This document shows, piece after piece, positions 17,760-24,556 of a stretch of DNA of 24,556 bases. The stretch comes from Clostridia bacterium (GTDB lineage: Bacteria > Bacillota > Clostridia > Oscillospirales > SIG519). The DNA lies in the NCBI GenBank assembly GCA_036650995.1, contig JAVVYT010000003.1, positions 1 to 24,556 of the forward strand, written 5' to 3'. How positions within the stretch are numbered: the stretch's first letter is position 1; every line of letters starts with the position of its first letter. The notes beneath the pieces are model-generated. The model was not told where the DNA came from. It saw only the letters and a list, made by a program, of their open reading frames with translations, and ran no database searches. A program made the translations under genes and the position numbers.

Positions 17760-18464
17760 ATGGCGATGATTTTATGCGTTGAGGATGATGTTAGCATCTG
17801 CGAGCTACTAAAATGTGCGTTAGAGGCAGGGGGCAATGAAACCAGATGTGCAAATTCCGCCCAAGAATTTTATCAAATATTAAAAGAAACAAAGCCTAGT
17901 CTTATACTACTTGATATAATGCTACCGGACGAGAGCGGAATGGATATTCTAAAAAAGCTCAAAGCGGATAACCAGTACAAAGACTTACCGATAATAATGT
18001 TGACCGCTAAATCCTCTGAACTAGATAAAGTGCAAGGACTAGAGTCAGGGGCAGACGATTTCATTACAAAACCTTTTGGTGTTATGGAACTACTATCACG
18101 AGTAAAAGCAGTGCTAAGGAGAGCAACGCCATTAAAAAACAACGATACCATTACATACAAAGGACTTGTTTTAAATACAGAAATGAGAGAGGCAACAATA
18201 GACGGGGCGCTAATAAATCTCACCTATAAAGAGTACGAACTGCTCCACTTTTTGCTATTAAATATCGGAATGGCACTATCAAGAGATAAGATAATAGAAA
18301 ATGTTTGGGGTTATGATTACGAGGGTGAATCCCGCACAATTGATATGCACATAAAAACACTAAGACAAAAAATCATAAAAGCCAGCGGAAACAATGATAT
18401 AAATATAATAACAGTCAGAGGAGTAGGATACAAGCTAGAAAAAATAGGAGGGCAGGATGAATAA
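17760..18464 (+). CDS. phoP: OmpR-family response regulator PhoP/PhoB
   Basis: VEDD, LLDIMLPD, PIIMLTAK, GADDFITKPF; winged helix ESRTIDMHIKTLRQK...TVRGVGY; adjacent to pst/phoU. Confidence 0.9.
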   Translation: MAMILCVEDDVSICELLKCALEAGGNETRCANSAQEFYQILKETKPSLILLDIMLPDESGMDILKKLKADNQYKDLPIIMLTAKSSELDKVQGLESGADDFITKPFGVMELLSRVKAVLRRATPLKNNDTITYKGLVLNTEMREATIDGALINLTYKEYELLHFLLLNIGMALSRDKIIENVWGYDYEGESRTIDMHIKTLRQKIIKASGNNDINIITVRGVGYKLEKIGGQDE

Positions 18465-19794
18465 ATTAATCCATAATGCACTCTTTAGTATTTCAGCTAT
18501 CTTCGTTTCGCTAGTTACCATAGTATCAGTGCTGTACTGTTGCAGTGTTTTAAAGGTGAAAATTTCGTTTACAGTTATCTTAAATATGGGGATTTTCCTT
18601 GTAATAGCAATAGGATTTCTCTATATAGTGTCGCTTATGATTTCAATATACATCACAAATAAGACAGTAAAGCATATCGAAAAAAGCGTAAAAGAGCTAG
18701 AAATTCACCCGGAGTCTATTTGTAGTTTAGATAATGATTTATCGGTAATATTTAATATAATAACCGAGCAAAACAGTAAAATCTCATACTTCAGAGGTCT
18801 TGTAAAAACGCAAAAAGAGCAGATAGAAATGATAATGTATAATATGCGTGAGGGACTTGTTGTGCTTTTAGAGGACTTTACTATTCAGCTGATAAACAAC
18901 GGTGCTAAATCTATGCTAAGCCCTAATTATCGTCATCGTGAGGGCAGAAAACTAATAGAGTTTACAAGAGAAGAAAAAATTCTAGAGTCTGTTCAAAAGG
19001 CAAAAGTTACTGGTGAGTATCAAAAAATAATGATAAAAACGCAAGAGGAAAAGTACTATAAAGTATATGTAAATCCTGTGCCAAACAAGGGTTTTATTCT
19101 ATTAATAGTAGATGTTACAAAAGAAAAGCTGTCTTTAACAGTTAAAAAAGATTTTTCTGCAAATGTATCGCACGAGCTAAAAACACCGCTTACTATAATA
19201 AACGGATTTGCCGAGCTTATGGCAAATGGTATGGTAACCGATGAAGAGAGTGTTAAAAAGCACGCATCTCTTATCCAAAAAGAGGGAACAAGACTTCTTA
19301 ATTTAATTGAAGATATTATGCATCTTTCTAAAATCGAAAGTGGTAGTAACCTGCCAAAAGATGCAAACGTAGAACTGTTTGAGGTCGCAAAAGCAGTTGT
19401 AGAGCGACTTTCACTACTAGCAGAGAGTAAAAATATCACAATGAAACTTTCGGGTACTAAGTGTAGCATTATGGCTAATAAGAGTTTTATCGATGAGCTA
19501 TTATCAAATTTAATTGAGAATGCTATAAAATATAATAAGCAAAATGGCACTATAAATGTTTTGATAAAAGATAAAATAATCACCGTTTCAGATACTGGAA
19601 TTGGAATACCTAAAGAGGACCTACCACGAATATTTGAACGATTTTACCGAGTGGATAAATCCCGCTCAAAACAAAGCGGTGGCACAGGTTTAGGTCTTTC
19701 TATAATAAAAAATATCACCGAGCTTTATAATGGCAAACTTGATATAAAAAGCACTTTAACCAAAGGTACTACGATAACGATTGATTTTAATTAA
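18457..19794 (+). CDS. phoR: Sensor histidine kinase PhoR (2 TM, PAS-like, HisKA, HATPase)
   Basis: ANVSHELKTPLT, LIENAIKYN, DTGIGIP, FERFYRVDKSRS, GGTGLGLSI. Two closely spaced TMs with no extracellular domain; 8-bp overlap with phoP. Confidence 0.9.
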   Translation: MNKLIHNALFSISAIFVSLVTIVSVLYCCSVLKVKISFTVILNMGIFLVIAIGFLYIVSLMISIYITNKTVKHIEKSVKELEIHPESICSLDNDLSVIFNIITEQNSKISYFRGLVKTQKEQIEMIMYNMREGLVVLLEDFTIQLINNGAKSMLSPNYRHREGRKLIEFTREEKILESVQKAKVTGEYQKIMIKTQEEKYYKVYVNPVPNKGFILLIVDVTKEKLSLTVKKDFSANVSHELKTPLTIINGFAELMANGMVTDEESVKKHASLIQKEGTRLLNLIEDIMHLSKIESGSNLPKDANVELFEVAKAVVERLSLLAESKNITMKLSGTKCSIMANKSFIDELLSNLIENAIKYNKQNGTINVLIKDKIITVSDTGIGIPKEDLPRIFERFYRVDKSRSKQSGGTGLGLSIIKNITELYNGKLDIKSTLTKGTTITIDFN

Positions 19795-19798
19795 AGAT

Positions 19799-19846
19799 AA
19801 AAGCAAAGTACAAGATAAAATTCTCATACTTTGCTTTTGTTTTTTT
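19799..19846 (+). terminator. Rho-independent terminator after phoR
   Basis: AAAAGCAAAGTA / TACTTTGCTTTT perfect 12-bp stem, 16-nt loop, followed by a T run. Confidence 0.8.
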
Positions 19847-20011
19847 GATTTAGAAAAAAATAGGTTTTTAAGTTTAGAAACTAACTACTTTATTTTGATT
19901 TAGAAAGATACAATTTTTCTAATAAGAAATAAAAGCATTGCTTTAAAAGTAAACAAAACTGCAATTGCTTTGTTTTACTTAGAAATAAATATTGCTTTTA
20001 AAAAAGTTAAA
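19842..20011. repeat. Degenerate ~25-27-bp periodic repeats between phoR and the convergent ferredoxin gene
   Basis: (G)ATTTAGAAA-like units at 19847, 19871 and 19897; ATTGCTTT at 19937, 19964 and 19991 (exactly 27 apart). Confidence 0.5.
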
Positions 20012-20023
20012 ACGGTGGCGAGG

Positions 20024-20806
20024 TTAGATAAATAGCTCTGGATAGCGACGAGTATTATATTTTTTATGAAAAGAGCTTTCAGCGACTGAAAGAAGAAGTT
20101 TATTTACCGAGCGAGCCTTACTAGGGCAAACTTTTACGCAACGCATACAGGAAATACAAAGTTCTTTATTAGTTTTACGAGGGTCAGATTTAGAGATAGC
20201 GCCAACAGGGCAACCCTTAGCACACTCACCGCACCTATTGCATAGCTTTGAGCTTTGGGGTTTTAGAGGAATTCCGGCGTATGTTTTAAAAGGTAAATTG
20301 CCTTTTACAAAAACTTCAGGCATTTTAGTTATATCAGTATATTTTTGGAGCTTTTCTCTTAATAAAGAGGCAAGGTCCTGCATTTTTTCCATATCACGAA
20401 GGTCAGGGCGACCGGGAGCGACAGAGTGCATAATAGAATGTTCTGTAACAAAGGTAGCTGCTGCAACGACTGTAAATCCATTTTTAGTGATAATGCTTTT
20501 AAGCTCTAAAAGGGTATCGTCATAATCACGATTTCCATATGTAGCGATTAAAACAGCAGGGGTATGATCCCCTTTCATTTTTGAGATGGTGAGTGCTGCC
20601 GGAGCAGGCACACGTCCCCCATACACAGGAACACCAATAATTACAAGCTGATTTTTATCAAAAGTCAAACTTTTTTTACGTGCCTCCAAAGGTGTAATAT
20701 CAAACACTTCGTTTTTGTAAGGAAGCCCTTTGGCAATAGTTTGACAAGTTTTTTCCGTAGCACCGGTAGGGCTGAAAACAACAGATGAAACTTTTAAAAT
20801 ATCCAT
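20024..20806 (-). CDS. Flavodoxin-fold + 2x[4Fe-4S] ferredoxin protein (EFR1-like)
   Basis: FSPTGATE flavodoxin loop, GVPVYGGRVP, TYGNRDYDDTLLEL; two CxxCxxCxxxCP motifs (CNRCGECAKGCP, CISCMRCVKVCP). ATG at 20806 is better spaced from AAAGGA than 20812. Confidence 0.88.
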   Translation of the reverse strand: MDILKVSSVVFSPTGATEKTCQTIAKGLPYKNEVFDITPLEARKKSLTFDKNQLVIIGVPVYGGRVPAPAALTISKMKGDHTPAVLIATYGNRDYDDTLLELKSIITKNGFTVVAAATFVTEHSIMHSVAPGRPDLRDMEKMQDLASLLREKLQKYTDITKMPEVFVKGNLPFKTYAGIPLKPQSSKLCNRCGECAKGCPVGAISKSDPRKTNKELCISCMRCVKVCPSKARSVNKLLLSVAESSFHKKYNTRRYPELFI

Positions 20807-20869
20807 ACTCATTCGTCCTTTCTGTAATGTCTAAAGGGACACACAGCTATTCTGTTTACAATATAATAC

Positions 20870-20878
20870 ATTATAGCA
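20870..20878 (-). promoter_or_regulatory. Extended -10 promoter candidate for the flavodoxin/ferredoxin gene
   Basis: Minus strand TGC-TATAAT (20878-20870); no clear -35. Confidence 0.5.
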
Positions 20879-20949
20879 CAAAGAAATACAATATGCTAGT
20901 TAAATTTTAACATATATTAGCAAAAAATTTCTTTTTCTTGTAATAATAG

Positions 20950-20978
20950 TTGCAAAACAGTATAAATGTGAGTATAAT
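20950..20978 (+). promoter_or_regulatory. sigmaA-type promoter candidate for the V4R-GGDEF operon
   Basis: TTGCAA (20950-20955), 17 nt, TATAAT (20973-20978). Confidence 0.7.
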
Positions 20979-21060
20979 GAAAGAAATATAACCTTTAAAA
21001 AAATAAAATAGAAAAAGCAGAGAAAAACAAGTAAAATTAGCCTTTAAAAATAATTTTTAA

Positions 21061-21213
21061 AAAAGCAAGAAATGTTTAAAAACTCTATCAAAATATAAAT
21101 CAAGAAACGTTAAAAATAATAAAGAATTTCTTTCAAAATAAAAAAGAAGAAACGTTTAAAACAAAAAATACTTTCATTAAAAATCAAGAAAATAAAAAGC
21201 AAGAAAATAAAAA
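21061..21213 (+). repeat. A-rich repeats in the V4R operon leader
   Basis: AAGAAA(T/C)GTT(T)AAAA at 21067, 21102 and 21147; CAAGAAAATAAAAA tandem at 21185 and 21200. Confidence 0.6.
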
Positions 21214-21249
21214 AAGAAGATTGTAAATTAAAAAAAGGAGGCATAGAAA

Positions 21250-21780
21250 ATGTTTAAGATGTTTGATAACAATGAGAACACTTTTTCATGGGAATCGATT
21301 GGTAACACTATAATTGGGAGAAAAAACCTCGGAGAAGATATGCCTGTTTTTGTATATAGAATGTTGCAATTTTCATTAAGGGCAGAGCTTTCAAAAAGAA
21401 TAGGCGATGAAGAAACGATTGAAGTTTTCAAGTCGGCAGGGGCAAAAGCCGGGATAGAATTTGCAAATAATATGCTAGATTTAACGTTACCGTTTAACGA
21501 GTTTGTATCATCACTTCAAGAAACTCTTCAGAAAAACAGAATTGGCATTTTGAGGATAGAAAATTTTGACACCGACACAGGAAAAGCCTTACTTACAATA
21601 GATGAGGACTTAGATTGTTCAGGACTTCCGATTACCGGGGATACAGTTTGCAACTATGACGAGGGTTTTTTAGCCGGAGTGCTTAAAGCATACACAAAAA
21701 AAGATTATATAGTGACAGAAATAGATTGTTGGGCAACGGGAGCTAGAGCATGTAGATTTGAGGCTGTTGTAAAAGAATAG
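21250..21780 (+). CDS. Stand-alone V4R (4-vinyl reductase) domain protein
   Basis: C-terminal V4R pattern: DEDLDCSG...VCNYDEGFLAGVLKAYT...VTEIDCWATGARACRF; RBS AAGGAGG. Confidence 0.85.
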   Translation: MFKMFDNNENTFSWESIGNTIIGRKNLGEDMPVFVYRMLQFSLRAELSKRIGDEETIEVFKSAGAKAGIEFANNMLDLTLPFNEFVSSLQETLQKNRIGILRIENFDTDTGKALLTIDEDLDCSGLPITGDTVCNYDEGFLAGVLKAYTKKDYIVTEIDCWATGARACRFEAVVKE

Positions 21781-21790
21781 AGGAGTATCG

Positions 21791-22999
21791 ATGGAAAAAG
21801 CAGATTTAGATATAATATTAAAGCAGATAAACACTATAATATTGGCAAAACCAATTCCTAACGACCTAAGGGTGAAGTCCGATGAACTTAGTGAACTACA
21901 AAATTCAATATTGTATTTATCGAGCTGTTTTTCTGAATGTAATGAGTTTGTAGGGGATTTATCAGCAGGAAATTTAGATGTTGTCGCCCCAAATCGTCAT
22001 AATTTTTTAGCAGCTAATTTAAAAGAATTACATATAGGACTTCGTCATTTAACGTGGCAAGCAAACCAAGTAGCTAACGGTGATTACAATCAAAAGGTAA
22101 CCTTTTTAGGTGCTTTTTCGGACTCTTTCAATAGAATGATAACGCAGTTAAAAGAACGTGAAAACAAGCTTTTAGCTCAGTCAAAAGCGCTCAAAAATTC
22201 AGTTGATGTACTAATTGAAATTGTGGATAAGCTACCGACTTTTGTTGTCGTTACCGAAAAGAGCAGTAGAGTTATTATCTATACTAACCGATCAGCTAAA
22301 GACCATTTTTATAATAATGAATTAAACAAGCATATTTGCGGGTCAACAAAATGTGATTTAATGCGCCATTTAACCTCGTATGATTATTCGGAGTATGAAG
22401 TCAAGTATGAATTTAGCTGTCCTATAAATGGTAAAACTCTGTCAGCTCGCACCTATCCTATCCAGTGGGACGAAAAGGACGCTTTTGTGCATTTCATTAC
22501 CGATATTACAGAAGAAAAGAAAGACAAAAACCGCCTTGAAAACTTTGCGTATAACGATGAGCTTACAGAACTATATAATCGTAGATATTGCATAAATGAG
22601 CTAACTGATTTATTAAATGATAAAAAAGATTTTGCGGTATGCTTGCTTGATCTTGACGCACTAAAAAATGTAAACGATACCTTTGGTCACGCAGTTGGCG
22701 ACGAGTATATCACAACTGTTACAAAAGAATTAAAAGCGTTCCAAACTAAAGAGATTGTTATGTGTCGAATCGGCGGAGATGAGTTTTTGATAATTTTCAA
22801 AAATCCGATCGACGATATAGTGAATAGCACAATAGATTTAATAAATGAAAAAATCTCTGCTTACGAAAGGGAATATAAAATGTCGTTTAGCTTTGGCACA
22901 TATTTTGTAGCCAGTGATGCTAATATTCTTCCCGAAACAGTCTTATCAAAAGTGGATAAAATAATGTATAAAGCTAAAAAAGAAAAACGTGGAAATTAA
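21791..22999 (+). CDS. Soluble diguanylate cyclase (HAMP-like x2, PAS-like, GGDEF)
   Basis: GDYNQKVTFLGAFSDSFNRM HAMP, FITDITE PAS end, DELTELYNRR, LDLDALKNVNDTFGHAVGD, GGDEF at 22772-22786; no TM segment; RBS AGGAG. Confidence 0.92.
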   Translation: MEKADLDIILKQINTIILAKPIPNDLRVKSDELSELQNSILYLSSCFSECNEFVGDLSAGNLDVVAPNRHNFLAANLKELHIGLRHLTWQANQVANGDYNQKVTFLGAFSDSFNRMITQLKERENKLLAQSKALKNSVDVLIEIVDKLPTFVVVTEKSSRVIIYTNRSAKDHFYNNELNKHICGSTKCDLMRHLTSYDYSEYEVKYEFSCPINGKTLSARTYPIQWDEKDAFVHFITDITEEKKDKNRLENFAYNDELTELYNRRYCINELTDLLNDKKDFAVCLLDLDALKNVNDTFGHAVGDEYITTVTKELKAFQTKEIVMCRIGGDEFLIIFKNPIDDIVNSTIDLINEKISAYEREYKMSFSFGTYFVASDANILPETVLSKVDKIMYKAKKEKRGN

Positions 23000-23070
23000 A
23001 AAGGTACGTAAGTTTTAGAGAATGAAAATATGGAAATGAAAAAGTACGTAAGTTTCAGAGAATGAAAATA
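22990..23070 (+). repeat. Tandem 41/40-bp duplication starting at the cyclase 3' end
   Basis: TGGAAATTAAAAAGGTACGTAAGTTTTAGAGAATGAAAATA (22990-23030) then TGGAAATGAAAAAGTACGTAAGTTTCAGAGAATGAAAATA (23031-23070); partial third copy after. Confidence 0.9.
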
Positions 23071-23097
23071 TGTAAACTAAAAAAACTATAATAAATA

Positions 23098-23141
23098 AAA
23101 AAAGAGCAGGAAAATTTTAAAAATTTAAACTGCTCTTTTTT
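23098..23141. terminator. Bidirectional terminator between the cyclase and the acyltransferase
   Basis: AAAAAAGAGCAG / CTGCTCTTTTTT perfect 12-bp inverted repeat with A and T tails, between convergent genes. Confidence 0.8.
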
Positions 23142-23165
23142 ACTGCGACAAAGTGTTAATAAAAG

Positions 23166-24218
23166 CTATCTTCCACCGAAGAGAATTCTATTTAAAGGCT
23201 TTATTTTTTTAATTAAAATGCTAAGGAAAAGCGACAAGAAAAAGATAATAATCGTTTCTAAAAACACTCTAAAGTAGCTTATATCAGGGAAGATAAATAG
23301 GATTTTAGCCAAGAGATAAAGCGATAAAACATCTGAAATTATATAGATACCAAGCGAGTTTTGACCTATAAAACAAAGGGCTTTATTTATGAATTTTGGA
23401 GTGTGTTTATAGATAAAACTAACTAGTAAAATAACGAAAACAGAGCTTACAAAGCCAATAGCTGTTCTAAATAAATTAATGCCTAGCTGGTTTAAAACGC
23501 CAATGTTCGGGCGGTTTTTAAAAAGATAATAGCCGGTTGTGTAGGCAAAAGAATTTCTGTTATAGAATAAAAACATAACAAAAAAAGTGGCACCGGAGAG
23601 GATAAGACAAATAAGTTTTGATTTTTCACTTGAAAGAAAATGCGTAAATTTAGCTTTGTTTTTATTGAAAAAATATCCTAGCATAAAAAATGGATAGATA
23701 AATTTATGAAGTGCCGCCAAGGTGTCGGGGATGAAAAAAGTCAAAATAAAGATGCCGATATAGACAAAAATATTATCCTTTAAAAAACGTTTTACAAATA
23801 CGAAAACGAGCGACCAAAAAAGTAGCGACCATAAAAACCAAAAGTTGTTTATAGCGGTAGTTCCATAAGTTTTGAAAATAGTCATTACTGAAAAATCGCC
23901 ATTTTTGATAAGATTATAGAAAAAAGGGATAAAACTCCAGATTAAAACAGGAAAAAGTAAAGTTTTAACCTTTGATTTAACGATGTAAGAGAAGGAATGT
24001 CTTGCCGCACTAGCGTAGAAAAGGTACCCGCTAATGAGCATAAATAAAGGCATATGGAAAGTATAAATAAACTGAAAGAAAGCGTTGTCGTAAAAAAGTT
24101 TATTTTGTAAATAGTCAGCAGTAGTGCCATACTGCATAGTGTGACCGACCACAACTAAAATGATTGCGATGGCTTTTAGAATGTCAATAAGTTCATTTCG
24201 GTTATCTTTTATCTGCAT
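23166..24218 (-). CDS. Acyltransferase-3 family (OafA/NolL-like) membrane O-acyltransferase
   Basis: RNELIDILKAIAIILVVVGH, FIYTFHMPLFMLISGY, FWFLWSL, IGQNSLGIYI; about 10 TMs and no SGNH extension. ATG at 24218 chosen; GTG at 24224 is the alternative. Confidence 0.9.
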   Translation of the reverse strand: MQIKDNRNELIDILKAIAIILVVVGHTMQYGTTADYLQNKLFYDNAFFQFIYTFHMPLFMLISGYLFYASAARHSFSYIVKSKVKTLLFPVLIWSFIPFFYNLIKNGDFSVMTIFKTYGTTAINNFWFLWSLLFWSLVFVFVKRFLKDNIFVYIGIFILTFFIPDTLAALHKFIYPFFMLGYFFNKNKAKFTHFLSSEKSKLICLILSGATFFVMFLFYNRNSFAYTTGYYLFKNRPNIGVLNQLGINLFRTAIGFVSSVFVILLVSFIYKHTPKFINKALCFIGQNSLGIYIISDVLSLYLLAKILFIFPDISYFRVFLETIIIFFLSLFLSILIKKIKPLNRILFGGR

Positions 24219-24324
24219 TAGCACTCACTTTCGTCATACGTTTTTCAATGAAATTTTTCTTAAATGGATAAATTATGAAAGCAATTCCGCCCATATAAAA
24301 TAATTTATTTTCACCACTTTTTTA

Positions 24325-24353
24325 ATTGTATCATAGTAACCCCCTCTTTTCAA
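24325..24353 (-). promoter_or_regulatory. sigmaA-type promoter candidate for the acyltransferase
   Basis: Minus strand TTGAAA (24353-24348), 17 nt, TACAAT (24330-24325) with an extended TG. Confidence 0.7.
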
Positions 24354-24462
24354 CCCCTCCCACCAAAATCCCCACCCCCATAAGTTAGATACGAATAGAA
24401 ACTATTAATAATGACTTTCACTACAAAAAGCCTTTTCATAGTAAAATAAATCGAACTATAAG

Positions 24463-24556
24463 CCAACTTCAAAACTCACATTACATAGGCTTGTAGCGTG
24501 GCTGTTTTTGAGTTTGGAGTGTATAGTAGTCAAATAGTGGTCTGAGATAGTCAATT
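24463..24556. mobile_element. Possible att-site arm (integrase arm-type repeats plus hairpin) of an element extending beyond the window
   Basis: Imperfect 55-nt hairpin at 24463-24517, followed by TAGTCAA / TGGTCTG / TAGTCAA at 24527, 24538 and 24548. No integrase gene is visible in the window. Confidence 0.4.

Noticed and set aside
20985-21249. c-di-GMP (GEMM) riboswitch in the leader of the cyclase operon
   Set aside because: No GCAAA/GAAA-tetraloop architecture; the sequence is too A-rich to form the required stems.
22990-23070. 40-bp repeat as a CRISPR array
   Set aside because: Copies are directly adjacent with no spacers, and no cas genes are present.
534-24154. Overlapping and antisense ORFs in the track (e.g. 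534-767, 5594-5938, 9046-9513, 13220-13516, 17344-17700, 19056-19583, 21228-21431, 23942-24154)
   Set aside because: They overlap well-supported genes, show no recognisable domains, and read as shadow or alternate-frame ORFs.
24448-24465. AATCGAACTATAAGCCA as a tRNA 3' fragment or duplicated gene end (att core)
   Set aside because: The T-loop-like TCGAA is in the wrong orientation relative to CCA, there is no cloverleaf, and no gene in the window ends in IEL-stop.
1-24556. rRNA, tRNA, transposase or defence-system genes
   Set aside because: No supporting motifs; coding space is accounted for by the listed genes.

Overview
Low-GC Firmicute (Clostridia-like) chromosomal window with three blocks. 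(1) 17-12929, minus strand: a division/cell-wall (dcw) cluster mraZ-rsmH-ftsL-like-class B PBP(ftsI/spoVD)-murE-murF-mraY-ftsW-murG-murA-ftsQ/divIB, then a DUF896/YnzC gene. It has a sigmaA-type promoter followed by 10-bp-periodic MraZ boxes; murD/murC/murB/ftsA/ftsZ are not in the window. (2) 13278-19794, plus strand and divergent from dcw: pstS-pstC-pstA-pstB-phoU-phoP(B)-phoR with an upstream Pho box. The PstS looks circularly permuted. (3) 20024-24556, accessory region: a flavodoxin/2x[4Fe-4S] protein divergent from a two-gene operon (stand-alone V4R-domain protein + soluble HAMP-PAS-GGDEF cyclase lacking an I-site), then a convergent acyltransferase-3 gene with a G-tract-rich promoter. 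The window ends in a hairpin plus 10-11-bp-periodic TAGTCAA repeats resembling an integrase att arm. The best candidate for an uncharacterised system is the V4R/diguanylate cyclase pair. No rRNA, tRNA, CRISPR array or transposase was found. All calls come from motif recognition without database searches; several start codons were moved from the ORF track using RBS spacing.
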